DNA of 64,000 bases from Escherichia coli (GTDB taxonomy: Bacteria > Pseudomonadota > Gammaproteobacteria > Enterobacterales > Enterobacteriaceae), in assembly GCF_002854065.1 (NCBI RefSeq), contig NZ_CP024147.1; one strand, given 5' to 3'. The notes below the pieces were generated by a model. It made no database searches. It saw nothing but the letters and a program-made list of their open reading frames with translations, and was not told the DNA's origin. The position numbers were made by a program, and so were the translations under genes. Positions within the stretch are counted from its first letter, which is position 1; each line of letters starts with the position of its first letter. This document shows positions 44,747 through 57,460 of the stretch, one piece after another.

Positions 44747-45664
44747 TTAGCTCACCAATTGCCACTGCCTTTTTTCCATCACTGGAGAACTAATCACTGA
44801 CATTAACAACTCTTTCACTGCCTGTGCCTGTGGCGATAAGTTCGCTCTGGCGGGTAAATTTAATGACAAAGAGAGACTCATGGAAGGAGTGGTAATGCGT
44901 GACATCCACCCATTTACTGCGCCACATAACGAACGCGCGGCCGATTCGGGTAATACTGCAACGCCCATGCCGCTGGCAATCGCTGCGGTAAGCGTGGCAA
45001 TAGACTCAATTTCACCAATAACTTTTGCCGTGAGTCGCCGTAGGGAAAAAGCCTCATCAACACGAAGTCTAATAGCACTGTAATCACTGGGGAGAAAGAG
45101 GTTCATTTGCGCAATAGCATTCACATCAACGCTTTGCCCCGGGCAATCTTGAGTTCCTACCAGAAAAAGATCTTCTTTCAGCAAAGCCTGACTGGATACA
45201 CCAGCCACAGGGGAATGCTCATAAATCACCGCCATATCGAGTTGGTGATTTATCAATTTTTCGTTAAGCACTGCACCACTATTTTCATGAAGATAGATAA
45301 CGATCTCCGGAAATTCAGCGCGAACCGCCTGTAATAAGGGCATGGTGATGGATGACGCAGCGGTTCCTGGTGCAAAGCCAATCGAGACTTGCCCCGATAA
45401 TGCCTGACCAACGTTATGCACCGCCAGTTGGGCCTGTTCACACTGACGTAAAATGGCCCGCGCATGGGTATAGAGAATTTTTCCGGCGTCTGTTGGTGTA
45501 ACGCCCCGCTTTGTACGGATCAAAAGTTGTTGATTTAACTCACCTTCCAGTGTGGCAACCTGCTGGCTGAGCGCTGGTTGTGCGATATGCAATACTTCAG
45601 CAGCCTGGGTCAGGCTACCAATATCTACAATTTTTACGAAGTATTTCAGGCGTCTGAAGTTCAT
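44747..45664 (-). CDS. nac: LysR-family nitrogen assimilation control protein Nac
   Basis: 305 aa from internal ATG (MNFRRLKYFVKIVDIGSLTQAAE…). Confidence 0.9.
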   Translation of the reverse strand: MNFRRLKYFVKIVDIGSLTQAAEVLHIAQPALSQQVATLEGELNQQLLIRTKRGVTPTDAGKILYTHARAILRQCEQAQLAVHNVGQALSGQVSIGFAPGTAASSITMPLLQAVRAEFPEIVIYLHENSGAVLNEKLINHQLDMAVIYEHSPVAGVSSQALLKEDLFLVGTQDCPGQSVDVNAIAQMNLFLPSDYSAIRLRVDEAFSLRRLTAKVIGEIESIATLTAAIASGMGVAVLPESAARSLCGAVNGWMSRITTPSMSLSLSLNLPARANLSPQAQAVKELLMSVISSPVMEKRQWQLVS

Positions 45665-45943
45665 GTTGCCTCCGGTTTTTAAGAATCGGCCCAAGCGCCG
45701 CCATTACTTACAACCAGATTGCAAGATGCTTGCCAGTTTTATTTTGGTGTTGATGTACAAGCTAACCAACTGTCAAATAAGAGATTATGATAGATTCGTC
45801 ATTTGCTCCTTTAATCAGCTGTCGCGTTCCCCTGCCCTATAAAAGGAGGGTATGCACCACGATGGTTCATTACCCAATAAGATTGAAAGCTCACCACTTT
45901 GTTGAAATTGACAGCAAACAAACAAAAAAATGCATTTCACCCT

Positions 45944-45972
45944 TTGACATCACCATGCACTGCCATTAATAT
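45944..45972 (+). promoter_or_regulatory. asnV promoter (sigma70 -35/-10)
   Basis: TTGACA, 17-bp spacer, TAATAT, then GCGCCCC discriminator. Confidence 0.6.
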
Positions 45973-45990
45973 GCGCCCCGTTCACACGAT

Positions 45991-46066
45991 TCCTCTGTAG
46001 TTCAGTCGGTAGAACGGCGGACTGTTAATCCGTATGTCACTGGTTCGAGTCCAGTCAGAGGAGCCA
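45991..46066 (+). tRNA. asnV: tRNA-Asn
   Basis: 76-nt sequence identical to asnT. Confidence 0.95.
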
Positions 46067-46071
46067 AATTC

Positions 46072-46101
46072 AAAAAAGCCTGCTTTCTAGCAGGCTTTTT
46101 G
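46072..46101. terminator. Bidirectional terminator between asnV and ldtA
   Basis: AAAAAAGCCTGCTTTCTAGCAGGCTTTTTG. Confidence 0.6.
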
Positions 46102-46121
46102 CTTTCTAATTACCAACGCTC

Positions 46122-47054
46122 TTAAAACATCTGTCTTGAACCAGAACTAATTTGCACAGGCATTCCCGATCGACGTTGCAACGCAGCATTTGCGCGATTT
46201 ACATCAACTTCTTGCCCGTTGATAAACGCCCGCAAAGATGGGGTTACCGGCAATGGCACTTTTCGGTCAGACTCATATTCTGCACGATTGCGCGACAACG
46301 GCTCATGAACTTCCAGCCAGTTCGAGCCATCTGGTTCAGTGGTGTATTTTACTGGCTGGTCGATAATTTGCACACGCGTCCCAACAGGAACATTATCAAA
46401 CAGATATTTGATATCGTCATTGCGCAGACGAATACAGCCCTGACTTACCCGGAGCCCAATACCAAAATTGGCATTGGTACCATGGATGGCATACAACCTG
46501 CCAATATAAATCGCGTACAGCCCCATGGGATTATCGGGGCCCGCAGGAACAAATGCGGGCAAACTCTCCCCTCGTTTCGCATATTCGCGCCGAGTGTTCG
46601 GCGTTGGCGTCCAGGTTGGAGCTTCTTGTTTACGTTCAACGGTAGTCACCCAGTTACGCGGGGTTTCTCGCCCAGCCTGGCCGATACCAATAGGAAAGAC
46701 TTCCACAGTATTACTGTCTGGTGGGTAGTAATAAAGACGCATCTCAGCGACGTTAACAACAATCCCTTTACGAACAGTGTCGGGCAAAATCAGTTGCTGC
46801 GGAATGGTGAGTTGCGAGCCAGACTTCGGCAAAAAAACATCAGCGCCCGGGTTCGCTTCCAGCATGTTACTTAACCCTTGCCCGTATTGTGCGGCAAAAG
46901 TCTCCAGCGGCTGGGTATTGTGATCAGGAACAGTTACAGTAAACGACTGCCCCACTAAACGGCTACCCTCTGGAGGTAATGGATAAGTTACCGCCAGGCT
47001 AGTATGGCTGGCAAAAAGCAGAGCAAATGAGCAAAGAATATTTACACGACGCAT
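46122..47054 (-). CDS. ldtA: L,D-transpeptidase LdtA (ErfK)
   Basis: About 310 aa with signal peptide and YkuD-type catalytic domain, recognised as ErfK/LdtA. Confidence 0.85.
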   Translation of the reverse strand: MRRVNILCSFALLFASHTSLAVTYPLPPEGSRLVGQSFTVTVPDHNTQPLETFAAQYGQGLSNMLEANPGADVFLPKSGSQLTIPQQLILPDTVRKGIVVNVAEMRLYYYPPDSNTVEVFPIGIGQAGRETPRNWVTTVERKQEAPTWTPTPNTRREYAKRGESLPAFVPAGPDNPMGLYAIYIGRLYAIHGTNANFGIGLRVSQGCIRLRNDDIKYLFDNVPVGTRVQIIDQPVKYTTEPDGSNWLEVHEPLSRNRAEYESDRKVPLPVTPSLRAFINGQEVDVNRANAALQRRSGMPVQISSGSRQMF

Positions 47055-47118
47055 CATGTCCCTTTCCTATGTCGCGAAAGCTATCCGTTAAGTATAGCTT
47101 TTATCAGACTTTTCGTTT

Positions 47119-48198
47119 TTAACTGTTCAAATCAGAAGTCGTATTCCCCGGTAGAACAATATTACTGGCAGCAAGTTCGCCCATGTTGTTGTATATCGCA
47201 CAGGCAGCTTCGATGATGGGCATCGCCAGAGCTGCGCCACTCCCCTCACCTAAACGCATCTCCATATTGAGATAAGGCTCCAGCCCCAAATGCGAGAGCG
47301 CTATACGCGCGCCTTTTTCTGCCGACAGGTGAGAAGGAATGAGATACGGTTTTATCGCAGGAGACATCTGGCAGGCTGCGAGCGCAGCAGCATAAGAAAG
47401 AAATCCATCCAGCAACACGGGTAAACCGCAGGAAGCAGCACCTAACATCACTCCAGCTATTCCGACCAAATCAAATCCACCCACTTTTGCCAGGACATCA
47501 ACACCATCCTGAGGATTTGGTTGATTCAACGTAATCGCCCGACGCACAACATCAATTTTATTAGCCAGTTTATCTGTCGGCAGGTTTGCGCCAATCCCAA
47601 CCACTTCTTCAGGATCCCGGCCAGTGATTGTGCTGACTATTGCTGCTGCCGGTGTCGTGTTTGCCATCCCCAGTTCACCTACACCAAACAGCGTGACACC
47701 GTTTTTTGCCAGCTCCTGCGTATAACATATGACGTCCAAAAGCAACTTTTCAGCCTGACGGCGACTCATTGCCGGAGCTGAAGCAATATTGCTGCTACCT
47801 CGTGCGACACGCATGTTGATAAGCCCGGGGATAGGCTCAGCAGTATCAATACCAACATCAATTACGTGGACGTTAGCGCCCGCTTGTTCTGCCAGCACAC
47901 ACACGCCGGTTGTTCCACGGGTCATATTTTCAGCCTGTATGGCTGTCACTTCTTTTGGAGAAATAGCGACCCCTTCCTCCCAGACGCCGTGATCGGCACA
48001 CATAACCAGTACCGCTTTTTTGCCCACATGCGGTATGCCATTCAACCCCGGCATTCCTGCCAGTTGTATGGCAAGCACCTCCAGCTTTCCCAGGCTACCA
48101 ACAGGTTTGAGTAACCCGTCAATATGCCGTTGTGCACGCGACATAGCGGTAGAATCGATGGCTGGGATCGTATTCAGTAAATCGGCAAGTATTTGCAT
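47119..48198 (-). CDS. cobT: Nicotinate-nucleotide:dimethylbenzimidazole phosphoribosyltransferase CobT
   Basis: 359 aa ORF recognised as CobT. Confidence 0.9.
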   Translation of the reverse strand: MQILADLLNTIPAIDSTAMSRAQRHIDGLLKPVGSLGKLEVLAIQLAGMPGLNGIPHVGKKAVLVMCADHGVWEEGVAISPKEVTAIQAENMTRGTTGVCVLAEQAGANVHVIDVGIDTAEPIPGLINMRVARGSSNIASAPAMSRRQAEKLLLDVICYTQELAKNGVTLFGVGELGMANTTPAAAIVSTITGRDPEEVVGIGANLPTDKLANKIDVVRRAITLNQPNPQDGVDVLAKVGGFDLVGIAGVMLGAASCGLPVLLDGFLSYAAALAACQMSPAIKPYLIPSHLSAEKGARIALSHLGLEPYLNMEMRLGEGSGAALAMPIIEAACAIYNNMGELAASNIVLPGNTTSDLNS

Positions 48199-48209
48199 CT
48201 CACGTCTCT

Positions 48210-48953
48210 TTATAGCAGTGCCAGCAGGAAGACCAGTTCACCAAGCTCTATGGCTGCTCCCAGCGTATCGCCCGTTTGCCCGCCCAGCGTACGTTTGAGA
48301 AGCTGACCGAGGATGAAAATCGCCACCATCGTCACCACCATAGCAGCCACACCATGCATACCCGGCAATAATACGGCAGCAAAAATAGCGGCTAAGCCGA
48401 GTGTGACGCAGGTTTGTCGCCCATCAATTTTGCCAATGAACACATTGCCAAGCCCTTCTTCCCGCGCATAACGATGACGATACATCAATAATGCGGCAGT
48501 CCCGCGGCTGACCGCACATGCTGCCGCCAGCGATGCAAGGATCGATTCGCCACGCAGAGCCAACTCGCTTAACACCAGAATCTTTGCCAGTACCACAAAA
48601 ATCAATGCCAGACCGCCGTGGGTGCCTAAACGGCTATCACGCATGATTTCCAACATGCGATCGCGGCTACGTGCAGAAAATACGCCATCACAGGTATCAG
48701 CGAGGCCGTCCAGATGGAATCCCCCGGTCATCAGCACCAGCACAAGTACGCTAAACAGTGCCGCCAGTGGTGCGCCACACCATGCCTGCAGCACCATGAA
48801 GACCAGCCCGCTAATCGCGCCAAGCAATAATCCAATCAAAGGAAAAGTAATAATACCGCGAGAATAATGCTCGAAATCCAGTCCCTGGGACCAGCGACGC
48901 GGTACAGGCAGACGCGTAATAAATGAGAGCATCGCCCAAAATAATTTACTCAT
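48210..48953 (-). CDS. cobS: Cobalamin-5'-phosphate synthase CobS
   Basis: 247 aa from internal ATG ([18 protein letters not shown]…); overlaps the cobU stop by 4 bp. Confidence 0.9.
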
Positions 48954-49495
48954 TTGATTTTTACTCCAATACCCGAAACCACCAGCCATACTTCATTTGC
49001 CGCAGCGGCCAACTGCTGATTTACCCGCCCGGCAATATCACGAAAATGTCGTGCCAGACGACTCTCCGGCACAATCCCCATTCCCACTTCGTTAGTCACT
49101 AATACAACCTTTGCGGGGCAACGTTGGCAGGCAGCAATCAACGACTGAATCTCAGCATTAATCGCCTGTTCCATCGCCTGATAATCCCATTCATCAGGGT
49201 CTTTATCGCCGCCATAATCAAACAACAGATTAGTCACCATTGTGGTAACGCATTCAAGCAACACAACCTCATTCGGGTTAATGTCTGCATGAATTAATTC
49301 ATCAAGATGTTGCCAGCGCTCCACTGTGCGCCAGTGCTCCGGGCGGCCTTGCCGATGATGTTCTATCCGTGCAGCCATCTCATCATCAAGGATTTGCGAG
49401 GTAGCGATATACAGAACCTGTGAAGAGTCCCCAATAAGCGCCTCTGCGTGGCGACTCTTCCCGCTCCGTGCGCCCCCCGTCACCAAAATCATCAT
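48950..49495 (-). CDS. cobU: Adenosylcobinamide kinase / adenosylcobinamide-phosphate guanylyltransferase CobU
   Basis: 181 aa ORF with P-loop GGARSGKS. Confidence 0.9.
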
Positions 49496-50520
49496 ACCGA
49501 CTCCTGATTCAAATGTATGATGGTATTCATTGAACAGAACAATGGATCCCCCACCGTTGCTGACCGCAAAACATTTACGCGATTAATACTGCGCGTAATA
49601 TAATTAAAAATCCAGCATTCTCAATCCATTACGAAATAAGATGGCATTACGGAATAGCCAGACTTTCTCGTGTTAACGTCCGACAAAATGCGTCATTGAC
49701 AGCGGTTTCTGTGGATTGACACATTTCATTCAGATAATGAATTAATGCTACTGCCGGAACAACCAGCAAACGGGCATTGTGTTCTGAAATCCAGGCTATT
49801 GATTCAACGTCAGCGACAGATCTGCGCTGTAAAAGAACTTGTAAAACAACGTAATAGAATTATCCGGAATGGTGGCGACTATGCACTAGAACACCACAAT
49901 TTCGCTCTCTCGGTAAGGCACTGTCACAGCATTCAACAGAATGTGACTTGCCAGATTTATTAGCGCCACCAGATGTTTAACCGGGTAACCACGACCCAGT
50001 CGGGGATATATTCCATCTTCTCGCTGACATCATCAAGAATAAAAAGGTTTATCACACTCAGAGCAACGTTCTTCAGCAGGCGGGATAATTCTTCAACATT
50101 TAGAAGATGTGTTATTAAAGGCATACAAACTGGACGTATTGTATTTTCTTTTGGTGGTTGACCTAAGGTAGCAGTTTATCCTGATGCGCTGAGATTTCTG
50201 TAATATCTACGTCAACATTCTCCTCGAATAGAAAATGCAGCCCCGGCAAGTGATTCACATTTTTTAACAAAACGTTGTTAGCGTGCCATTTTCAGAAGCT
50301 CTCCAAGAAAGCGAATTCTTTTCTCAAATTCTGCATTCTCAGACACAGCTTTCTACTCCATGGTAATGGCCCAAATACGAAGTTGCTCAGGATCATTAGT
50401 GGTGCTGAGAAGTTAAATAACCATGCGGAGTACCACTCGTCATCACGTATTTATATATCATGAAGCTATTGTTGTGTTTTGTACATCAGTAGATATATTC
50501 TGATATACTCCTTTTGCTAG

Positions 50521-51715
<1,195 letters not shown>

Positions 51716-51819
51716 CTAATTTCGATAGGTTCTCAGATGAGAATGATGACGGTGATACACAGATAAGAATCAATGAGCAATGAGGGTTGCCGGGCAACCC
51801 TCATTGAATAAAACAGGAA

Positions 51820-52149
51820 TTACTTCGCTTCGCCGTTTTTCATTTCGCCCATAGCTTTCAGCTTTTTGGAGATATCGCGGCGTTCTTTGGAGAGCTCGGC
51901 ATTTTTGATGATGTAATCGTCAACGCGATCTTCATAGTCACCTTTCATGCTGGCGATGATGCCCTGGATTGCTTCAACGCTCATCCCGGGCTTGATGTAA
52001 TCGCTCAGGTTGTCCAGCAACAGGACGCGCTTCTGGTTGTCACGGATCTTTTTCTCAACGTCCTGAATTTCACGTTGCAGTTTGTTCTTACGACGGAACA
52101 GACGAACAAATTCCAGTACGTCCTGGAATGAAGGCTTGGTAGTTTCCAT
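51820..52149 (-). CDS. yeeX: UPF0265 / DUF496 protein YeeX
   Basis: 109 aa from [30 protein letters not shown]…. Confidence 0.85.
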   Translation of the reverse strand: METTKPSFQDVLEFVRLFRRKNKLQREIQDVEKKIRDNQKRVLLLDNLSDYIKPGMSVEAIQGIIASMKGDYEDRVDDYIIKNAELSKERRDISKKLKAMGEMKNGEAK

Positions 52150-52320
52150 TTTTATACCCCTGATAATGTGAGAGTCGGATTCGTTTAAGCAACCGCTATT
52201 CGTTAGGGCCAACATTACTCATAGCTGCCGCAGATGACAATGCTTTTATCCCTTTTCACTATCATACCCTTTATCCTTGCTGAATCGAAGCAGCAGCAAG
52301 ATGATTCTGAAGTTCAGGAA

Positions 52321-53379
52321 TTATTTGCGCAAGGCCCGGCAAATCAGATTCGATAGCAACTCAAGCTGATGTGCCGTTTCCATGTTCAGCCACACATAAC
52401 CATAGATTGGTGTTTCCACAACCTTCAGGTCATGGTGGTTATTCAGCAACTGACGCAGCTCTTCCACAGCATCGTTCAATTTTTCCGTATTGGCAAAAAC
52501 CGGCTGCGGATTACCTTCGTACAGCGCATGAACAAGGCTCAGCAGTATTTGCTGCATCATGTGCTGGGTATCACGAAGTTTTTGCGCGTTCAATAACACG
52601 AAATGGCTGGGGCGCGTGGCCCAGTATGCATTGATTTGCAACTCCAGCATACAAACCAGATTGCGGTTAATGGTCTGGATACCTTCATATATCGATTTTG
52701 GAATTCGAGTTTCTTTGCTGGCGGGCGCAATCAGCCCACGCATTTTCACGGCATCGGTCAGGAGTTTTTGTAGATGGCTTTCCAGACGTGGGCGTTCGAG
52801 TAAGTTTGGTGAGAATGCAGATTGATAAACCCGATTATACTCGGTCAGACTTTTCGCCAGTTGAATGCGCCAGTGGATGAACGCCCGTTGTGGCCAGATA
52901 CCGGTAAACAACATTGCCAGTAAAGAGCCGAGGATCACATCGCCGCTTCGCCATAACGCCGTATCAATTTCACCTGTCGGGGAACCCACAACAATTGCCA
53001 GCGTCACCCCAATCAATAATCCTTGATACGGTTTCTTGCCCAGTGCCAGCCAACCGCAAAGAAACATAGCCGCCGCGCACCAGACTAACATCAGCGGTAA
53101 CGAAATTAACTCCAGTTGCAGAGCGATAAGACCTAAAATCGAACCCAACACCGTACCGCCAATACGTTCGAAGGCGCGAGGAACAACGTTACCCCAGAAC
53201 GAGATTGGCCCCATAATCACCACCATGGTGACCAGCGGCCAGGTGCTTTCAGGGATAGTAAACAGGCGGATAATGAGAAAAGTGAGCAGGAATGCCAGCG
53301 CGACCCGAGTACCATGCACAATGCGGTAATGGCGGTATACCCGGATTTCAAACGGGCTTAATGACTTATCGGCACGCAC
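52321..53379 (-). CDS. yeeA: Inner membrane protein YeeA (FUSC-like putative transporter)
   Basis: 352 aa polytopic membrane ORF recognised as YeeA. Confidence 0.85.
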   Translation of the reverse strand: MRADKSLSPFEIRVYRHYRIVHGTRVALAFLLTFLIIRLFTIPESTWPLVTMVVIMGPISFWGNVVPRAFERIGGTVLGSILGLIALQLELISLPLMLVWCAAAMFLCGWLALGKKPYQGLLIGVTLAIVVGSPTGEIDTALWRSGDVILGSLLAMLFTGIWPQRAFIHWRIQLAKSLTEYNRVYQSAFSPNLLERPRLESHLQKLLTDAVKMRGLIAPASKETRIPKSIYEGIQTINRNLVCMLELQINAYWATRPSHFVLLNAQKLRDTQHMMQQILLSLVHALYEGNPQPVFANTEKLNDAVEELRQLLNNHHDLKVVETPIYGYVWLNMETAHQLELLSNLICRALRK

Positions 53380-53576
53380 GCAAAAACTCCGTAATGAAGA
53401 TTAAAAGCGCTCATAACTCATCTGTCGGCCAGAAGGCGCGCCTCTGAATTATCCGACGGACAAACCGGGAACAGTGTAATTTCCCGGCAGGAGCGAAAAA
53501 ATTGAAAGGCGCATCTTACTCTTTTCGCTTTCAAAAAAAGAGTGGTCATCGCGTTAACACACCGCCCTGAGATGAA

Positions 53577-54041
53577 TTAGTGATGTTTTGGCTGCACCGC
53601 AACATACATTTCGATATCCCAGTACCCATCTTCCGCGCCATTGTTCAAATAAACCTCGAAGCAGGGCTTTGGTAACATTTCATAAGCACTGTCCTGCAAG
53701 AGGCTATTAAAGAACTGATACCAGGGTTTAGCAAAATCATCACCGACTACACGAGCCACCGCCACCGCATACTGACCACCTGAAATTTCTGTCAGAATGA
53801 CGCCCTCACTGTTTTCGGGAAGCGTAAAGTTATTCGGTACCGTCACAACGGTGTCGCAGCGTAATTTTTCGGCGGGTCTTTCATCTGGATTGTCGTAATA
53901 GACAGCAACCCACTCAATATTTTTGTTATCTACCCACATCATCAACTGCTCAAAGCCTTTCTTTACCGTCTGTTCCCACGGGCCAACGAGATGGAAACCT
54001 GCAACGGTACGTTTCTCTTCCTGCTTAATCTCGTAGTTCAT
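53577..54041 (-). CDS. sbmC: DNA gyrase inhibitor SbmC (GyrI)
   Basis: 154 aa ORF ([24 protein letters not shown]…) recognised as SbmC. Confidence 0.9.
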   Translation of the reverse strand: MNYEIKQEEKRTVAGFHLVGPWEQTVKKGFEQLMMWVDNKNIEWVAVYYDNPDERPAEKLRCDTVVTVPNNFTLPENSEGVILTEISGGQYAVAVARVVGDDFAKPWYQFFNSLLQDSAYEMLPKPCFEVYLNNGAEDGYWDIEMYVAVQPKHH

Positions 54042-54159
54042 GACGCCTCCATTAACACTGTTTTTATATACAGTATAGTTGCAAAATTAAAACCACAAGG
54101 AATGAGTGTTGATTATGCGAGCAGACTCGCACTCCTGCCAGTCTGCTGCAAAAGAAAGG

Positions 54160-55332
54160 TCAGGCCTTATGGTGGAAATAATCACTCAGGCGGGAAAACA
54201 TGCCGCCTTCCCCGACAGATTCCAGGGTAACCAGCGGCCAGTGCGCCACCTGTTTATCACGGTCGTAAAGTTCAATTTCCCCTACCCGCTGATGGGCGCT
54301 AATTGGCGCGGTGAGCTCTTTACCATCAAGGGTATATTTGGCTTTGATATGTGGAATTTCGGCTTTCGGTAGCACCATCCAGAACTCTTGTTCCGTTCCC
54401 AGGTCGATATTTTCTTTATCGCCATACCAGATGCGTTCCGTTCCGACCTTTTTCCCACGGTGCAAAATTTGCACCGTAGTAAAGTTTTGTTGCCCCCAAC
54501 GCAGTAATTTTCTTGCCTCTTCCTCACGACCTTTTGCACTGTCAGCCCCCATTACCACTGCAATGAGACGACGCTGCCCATCTACAGCCGAAGCAATGAG
54601 ATTAAACCCGGCACCAGAAGTATGACCCGTTTTCAGGCCGTCAACATTCATGGTTTTATCCCACAACAACCCGTTACGGTTTTGCTGGGTGATACCGTTC
54701 CAGGTGAGACTTTTCTCACTGTACATATGATAAAACTCGGGCTCGCCGTGGATGATAGCGCGAGAAAGCACAGCTAAATCATAAGCCGAGCTATGCTGGC
54801 CAGGTGCATCCAGACCATGCACTGTTTCAAAATGCGTATCCTTGAGATGCAGCTTCTCGGCATAGTTGTTCATCATTTCAACAAACTGCCGTTGCCCACC
54901 GGCAATATAGTCAGCCAGAGCAACACAAGCGTCATTTCCGGAATCCACAATTAAACCACGGCTTAAATCACGTACCGATACGCGATCGCCCTCTTTCAAA
55001 AACATCAGTGAAGAACCGACAAACACCGGATTATCTTTCGCCCACGCATCGCGCCCCACGGTGACAATATCGTCTGGCGTAATGCGATGACTATCGATAG
55101 CGCGATCCACGACATAACCCGTCATCAGCTTTGTCAGGCTGGCGGGATTGCGCTGTTGATGCTCATTACCCGCGGTGAGGATCTGTCCGGTGGTGTAATC
55201 CATCAGTACCCAGGACCCGGCTTGAATCTGTGGAGGCTGAGGTGAAAAAGGAATGTTTTCCGCCGCAAAACCAGACGATAAGTTAAAAACGAACAAAGAA
55301 GCAGCAATAATAAGACGGCGTTTCAACAGCAA
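54160..55332 (-). CDS. dacD: D-alanyl-D-alanine carboxypeptidase DacD (PBP6b)
   Basis: 390 aa with signal peptide and S11 peptidase motifs (SxxK: ASLTK; SGN). Confidence 0.9.
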   Translation of the reverse strand: MLLKRRLIIAASLFVFNLSSGFAAENIPFSPQPPQIQAGSWVLMDYTTGQILTAGNEHQQRNPASLTKLMTGYVVDRAIDSHRITPDDIVTVGRDAWAKDNPVFVGSSLMFLKEGDRVSVRDLSRGLIVDSGNDACVALADYIAGGQRQFVEMMNNYAEKLHLKDTHFETVHGLDAPGQHSSAYDLAVLSRAIIHGEPEFYHMYSEKSLTWNGITQQNRNGLLWDKTMNVDGLKTGHTSGAGFNLIASAVDGQRRLIAVVMGADSAKGREEEARKLLRWGQQNFTTVQILHRGKKVGTERIWYGDKENIDLGTEQEFWMVLPKAEIPHIKAKYTLDGKELTAPISAHQRVGEIELYDRDKQVAHWPLVTLESVGEGGMFSRLSDYFHHKA

Positions 55333-56045
55333 ACCCTCAGGAGTTTCAAATAGCTGTTCTTTTTACGGAAATACTTATGAACTGGCTGGAATAAAGTGCA
55401 AGAAAATGTGACTACCCTAGCATTTTTATCTGACATGATCTGTTGCCACTCGCTGCCAAATTGTGGCGCTAAAGCTGATTAGCACGGTGATATTTGATAC
55501 TCTGGCAGACAGCAGAAATAACGGATTTAACCTAATGATGAATGACGGTAAGCAACAATCTACCTTTTTGTTTCACGATTACGCGCAACACCCCTGAGAA
55601 CCGCCATGAATAAGGGTTTCATGATTTGTGATTTTAGTTTGGTACGCAATTTGGTACACAACACAATTTTCACTTCAGCGGGTAGTCATCAAACTCACCA
55701 TAACGAGCATCGTTGATGATGTATGTGATCACCACAAATATCACATCTGGACTAGTTCCGTCTTCATGCGCAGGTATCTGTTCACGCCTCCCTTTCTGCA
55801 AATCCTAAAGATGAGATTTTGGGGTTTTGGGATATCTTTTTATCCTCAGTTCTCTATCCATTCTACAAAGCAGTAATGAACCATCACTATGTGATAGTGA
55901 GGCATCCGCTACATTAAGCGCAGAGAAATGATGCAGTGGTGGTCGGACTGGATTGATGAAAAGGTGTGATCGGTTAGCGCAAGACGAATCACCACCCTCG
56001 CCAGTTTTGAGTTGTTTTGCGCTAATTTTTTACCCCACCTCTGCC

Positions 56046-56076
56046 CCATCAAAAGAAAACCCGCTCTAGCGGGTTC
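56046..56076 (-). terminator. Terminator hairpin immediately downstream of the acyltransferase gene
   Basis: On the minus strand, AACCCGCTAGAGCGGGTT hairpin followed by TTCTTTTG, right after the stop at 56082. Confidence 0.5.
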
Positions 56077-56081
56077 ATGTC

Positions 56082-57152
56082 TCAGGCCTCTTTGCCCTTC
56101 TCTATCGCTGAGGGCTTGTCAGGAAGCAATGCGCTTATACGTCCCTTAAGGTACTTGTACATTCTGACGTCGATGAATGCTGCGTATAAATACGCTAGCA
56201 CTATCGAGACAGCAATCATTTTTACCGCCCCCATAAATGGATCTCCCTCAACAATACCGGTAATCATCACAGGGAAATGGAGAAGGTACAGAGGGAAGCT
56301 GATAAACCCTAAAAACTGGACTGGTGCAGAGTAAAGGAACCGTTTAACCAGGGACTCATCATTCATGTAATCGACAGTTAGCAGGGGAAGAAATGCCACC
56401 ATGTAGAAATAATCCATCCTGTTGGTATGCGAAGGTTGAGCATAGAGCCCGGCAAAGCATACAAACAGACACATAGCCAAAAAAACATTCTTTTGAGGTA
56501 GTTTAGTGAAACTCTCGTACCATTTTAATTTTATGATCGAGTACATACCCGATCCCATCAAAAGACATGATGATGCAAAAACAAAATTGTACATCCCGAA
56601 AAGCTCTGGACTACCGAGCCCTCTGGCAGAAACAACAGCCAGATAAATAAATGCCAAAATAGAAATACATAACCTTGAAAGCGGCCCCATTCTCAAGAAC
56701 AGAACTGGAATCAACATGGACGCCCAAAATTCTATGCTGACACTCCACGAAGGTTCATTTATCAAATTGAATGATAATGGGGTAGACCCATGTATAAATG
56801 CTAAATTCGCTACCCATGTCCTGATACTAAATACGTAATCACCTGGCACATAACCACCATTAAGGCTATTTACGTAGTAAATGATTACCATTATCACTGA
56901 TGATATAAAGGTAAGAGGCCACAGTCTTGCCAGTCTATTCAAAAAATATGACGGGATAGACGCCCCATTTCTTACTGAGTGGGTAAGCACAAATCCCGAT
57001 ATGATGAAAAAATATGCAACAGCCAAGTGAGGGCCGTTGAATGGCCCATCATTTTTCCAACCAGTAACAGCATTGATGGCGTGATTTAGGAGCACTGCGC
57101 ATGCAAAAAGGCCGCGCAAACCATCAACAGCATAGAAGCGTTTAATTTCCAT
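56082..57152 (-). CDS. Acyltransferase family 3 integral membrane protein (OafA/Oac-like; candidate surface-polysaccharide O-acetyltransferase)
   Basis: 356 aa, about 10 transmembrane segments, N-terminal AVDGLRG…H motif typical of acyltransferase_3; lies downstream of tail-fibre genes where phage conversion genes commonly sit. Confidence 0.7.
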   Translation of the reverse strand: MEIKRFYAVDGLRGLFACAVLLNHAINAVTGWKNDGPFNGPHLAVAYFFIISGFVLTHSVRNGASIPSYFLNRLARLWPLTFISSVIMVIIYYVNSLNGGYVPGDYVFSIRTWVANLAFIHGSTPLSFNLINEPSWSVSIEFWASMLIPVLFLRMGPLSRLCISILAFIYLAVVSARGLGSPELFGMYNFVFASSCLLMGSGMYSIIKLKWYESFTKLPQKNVFLAMCLFVCFAGLYAQPSHTNRMDYFYMVAFLPLLTVDYMNDESLVKRFLYSAPVQFLGFISFPLYLLHFPVMITGIVEGDPFMGAVKMIAVSIVLAYLYAAFIDVRMYKYLKGRISALLPDKPSAIEKGKEA

Positions 57153-57271
57153 AACAATTTATTTAAAAAAAGAAAAATTATACTAGAAATATATCATCAA
57201 CATCTATGCCATTGATGATTAAGTGATGGTTGTCACGGTTTTGTGTTTCTGGCTGGAATGCTGGCAGTGCT

Positions 57272-57460
57272 TTACTCGCTTGACTCAGGATCGGTGAATA
57301 CTCCATCTTCATAAATCCATCCAATTCTGCATGGTATTCCGTCTATTTTAACAACCTGATAATCATCAAAAATATGCCCCTCACCATCCCATATAACAAT
57401 ATTTACAACTATTCCATCTGTAATTAATGCATATCTCATGCAAACTCCTCCACAAGACAA
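57272..57460 (-). CDS. Hypothetical small protein downstream of the tail fibre (possible tail-fibre-associated protein)
   Basis: 62 aa ORF overlapping the 3' end of the tail-fibre gene by 25 bp; no recognisable family. Confidence 0.3.
   Translation of the reverse strand: MSCGGVCMRYALITDGIVVNIVIWDGEGHIFDDYQVVKIDGIPCRIGWIYEDGVFTDPESSE

Noticed and set aside
46152-46874. 240-aa plus-strand ORF
   Set aside because: Antisense within ldtA (erfK); spurious
49496-49700. Possible cobalamin riboswitch upstream of cobU
   Set aside because: No recognisable B12-box or conserved riboswitch structure seen; the E. coli cobUST operon is not known to me to be riboswitch-controlled
55628-55876. 82-aa plus-strand ORF in the dacD-acyltransferase junction
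   Set aside because: Low-complexity hydrophobic sequence, no convincing RBS, no family resemblance; more likely non-coding junction DNA
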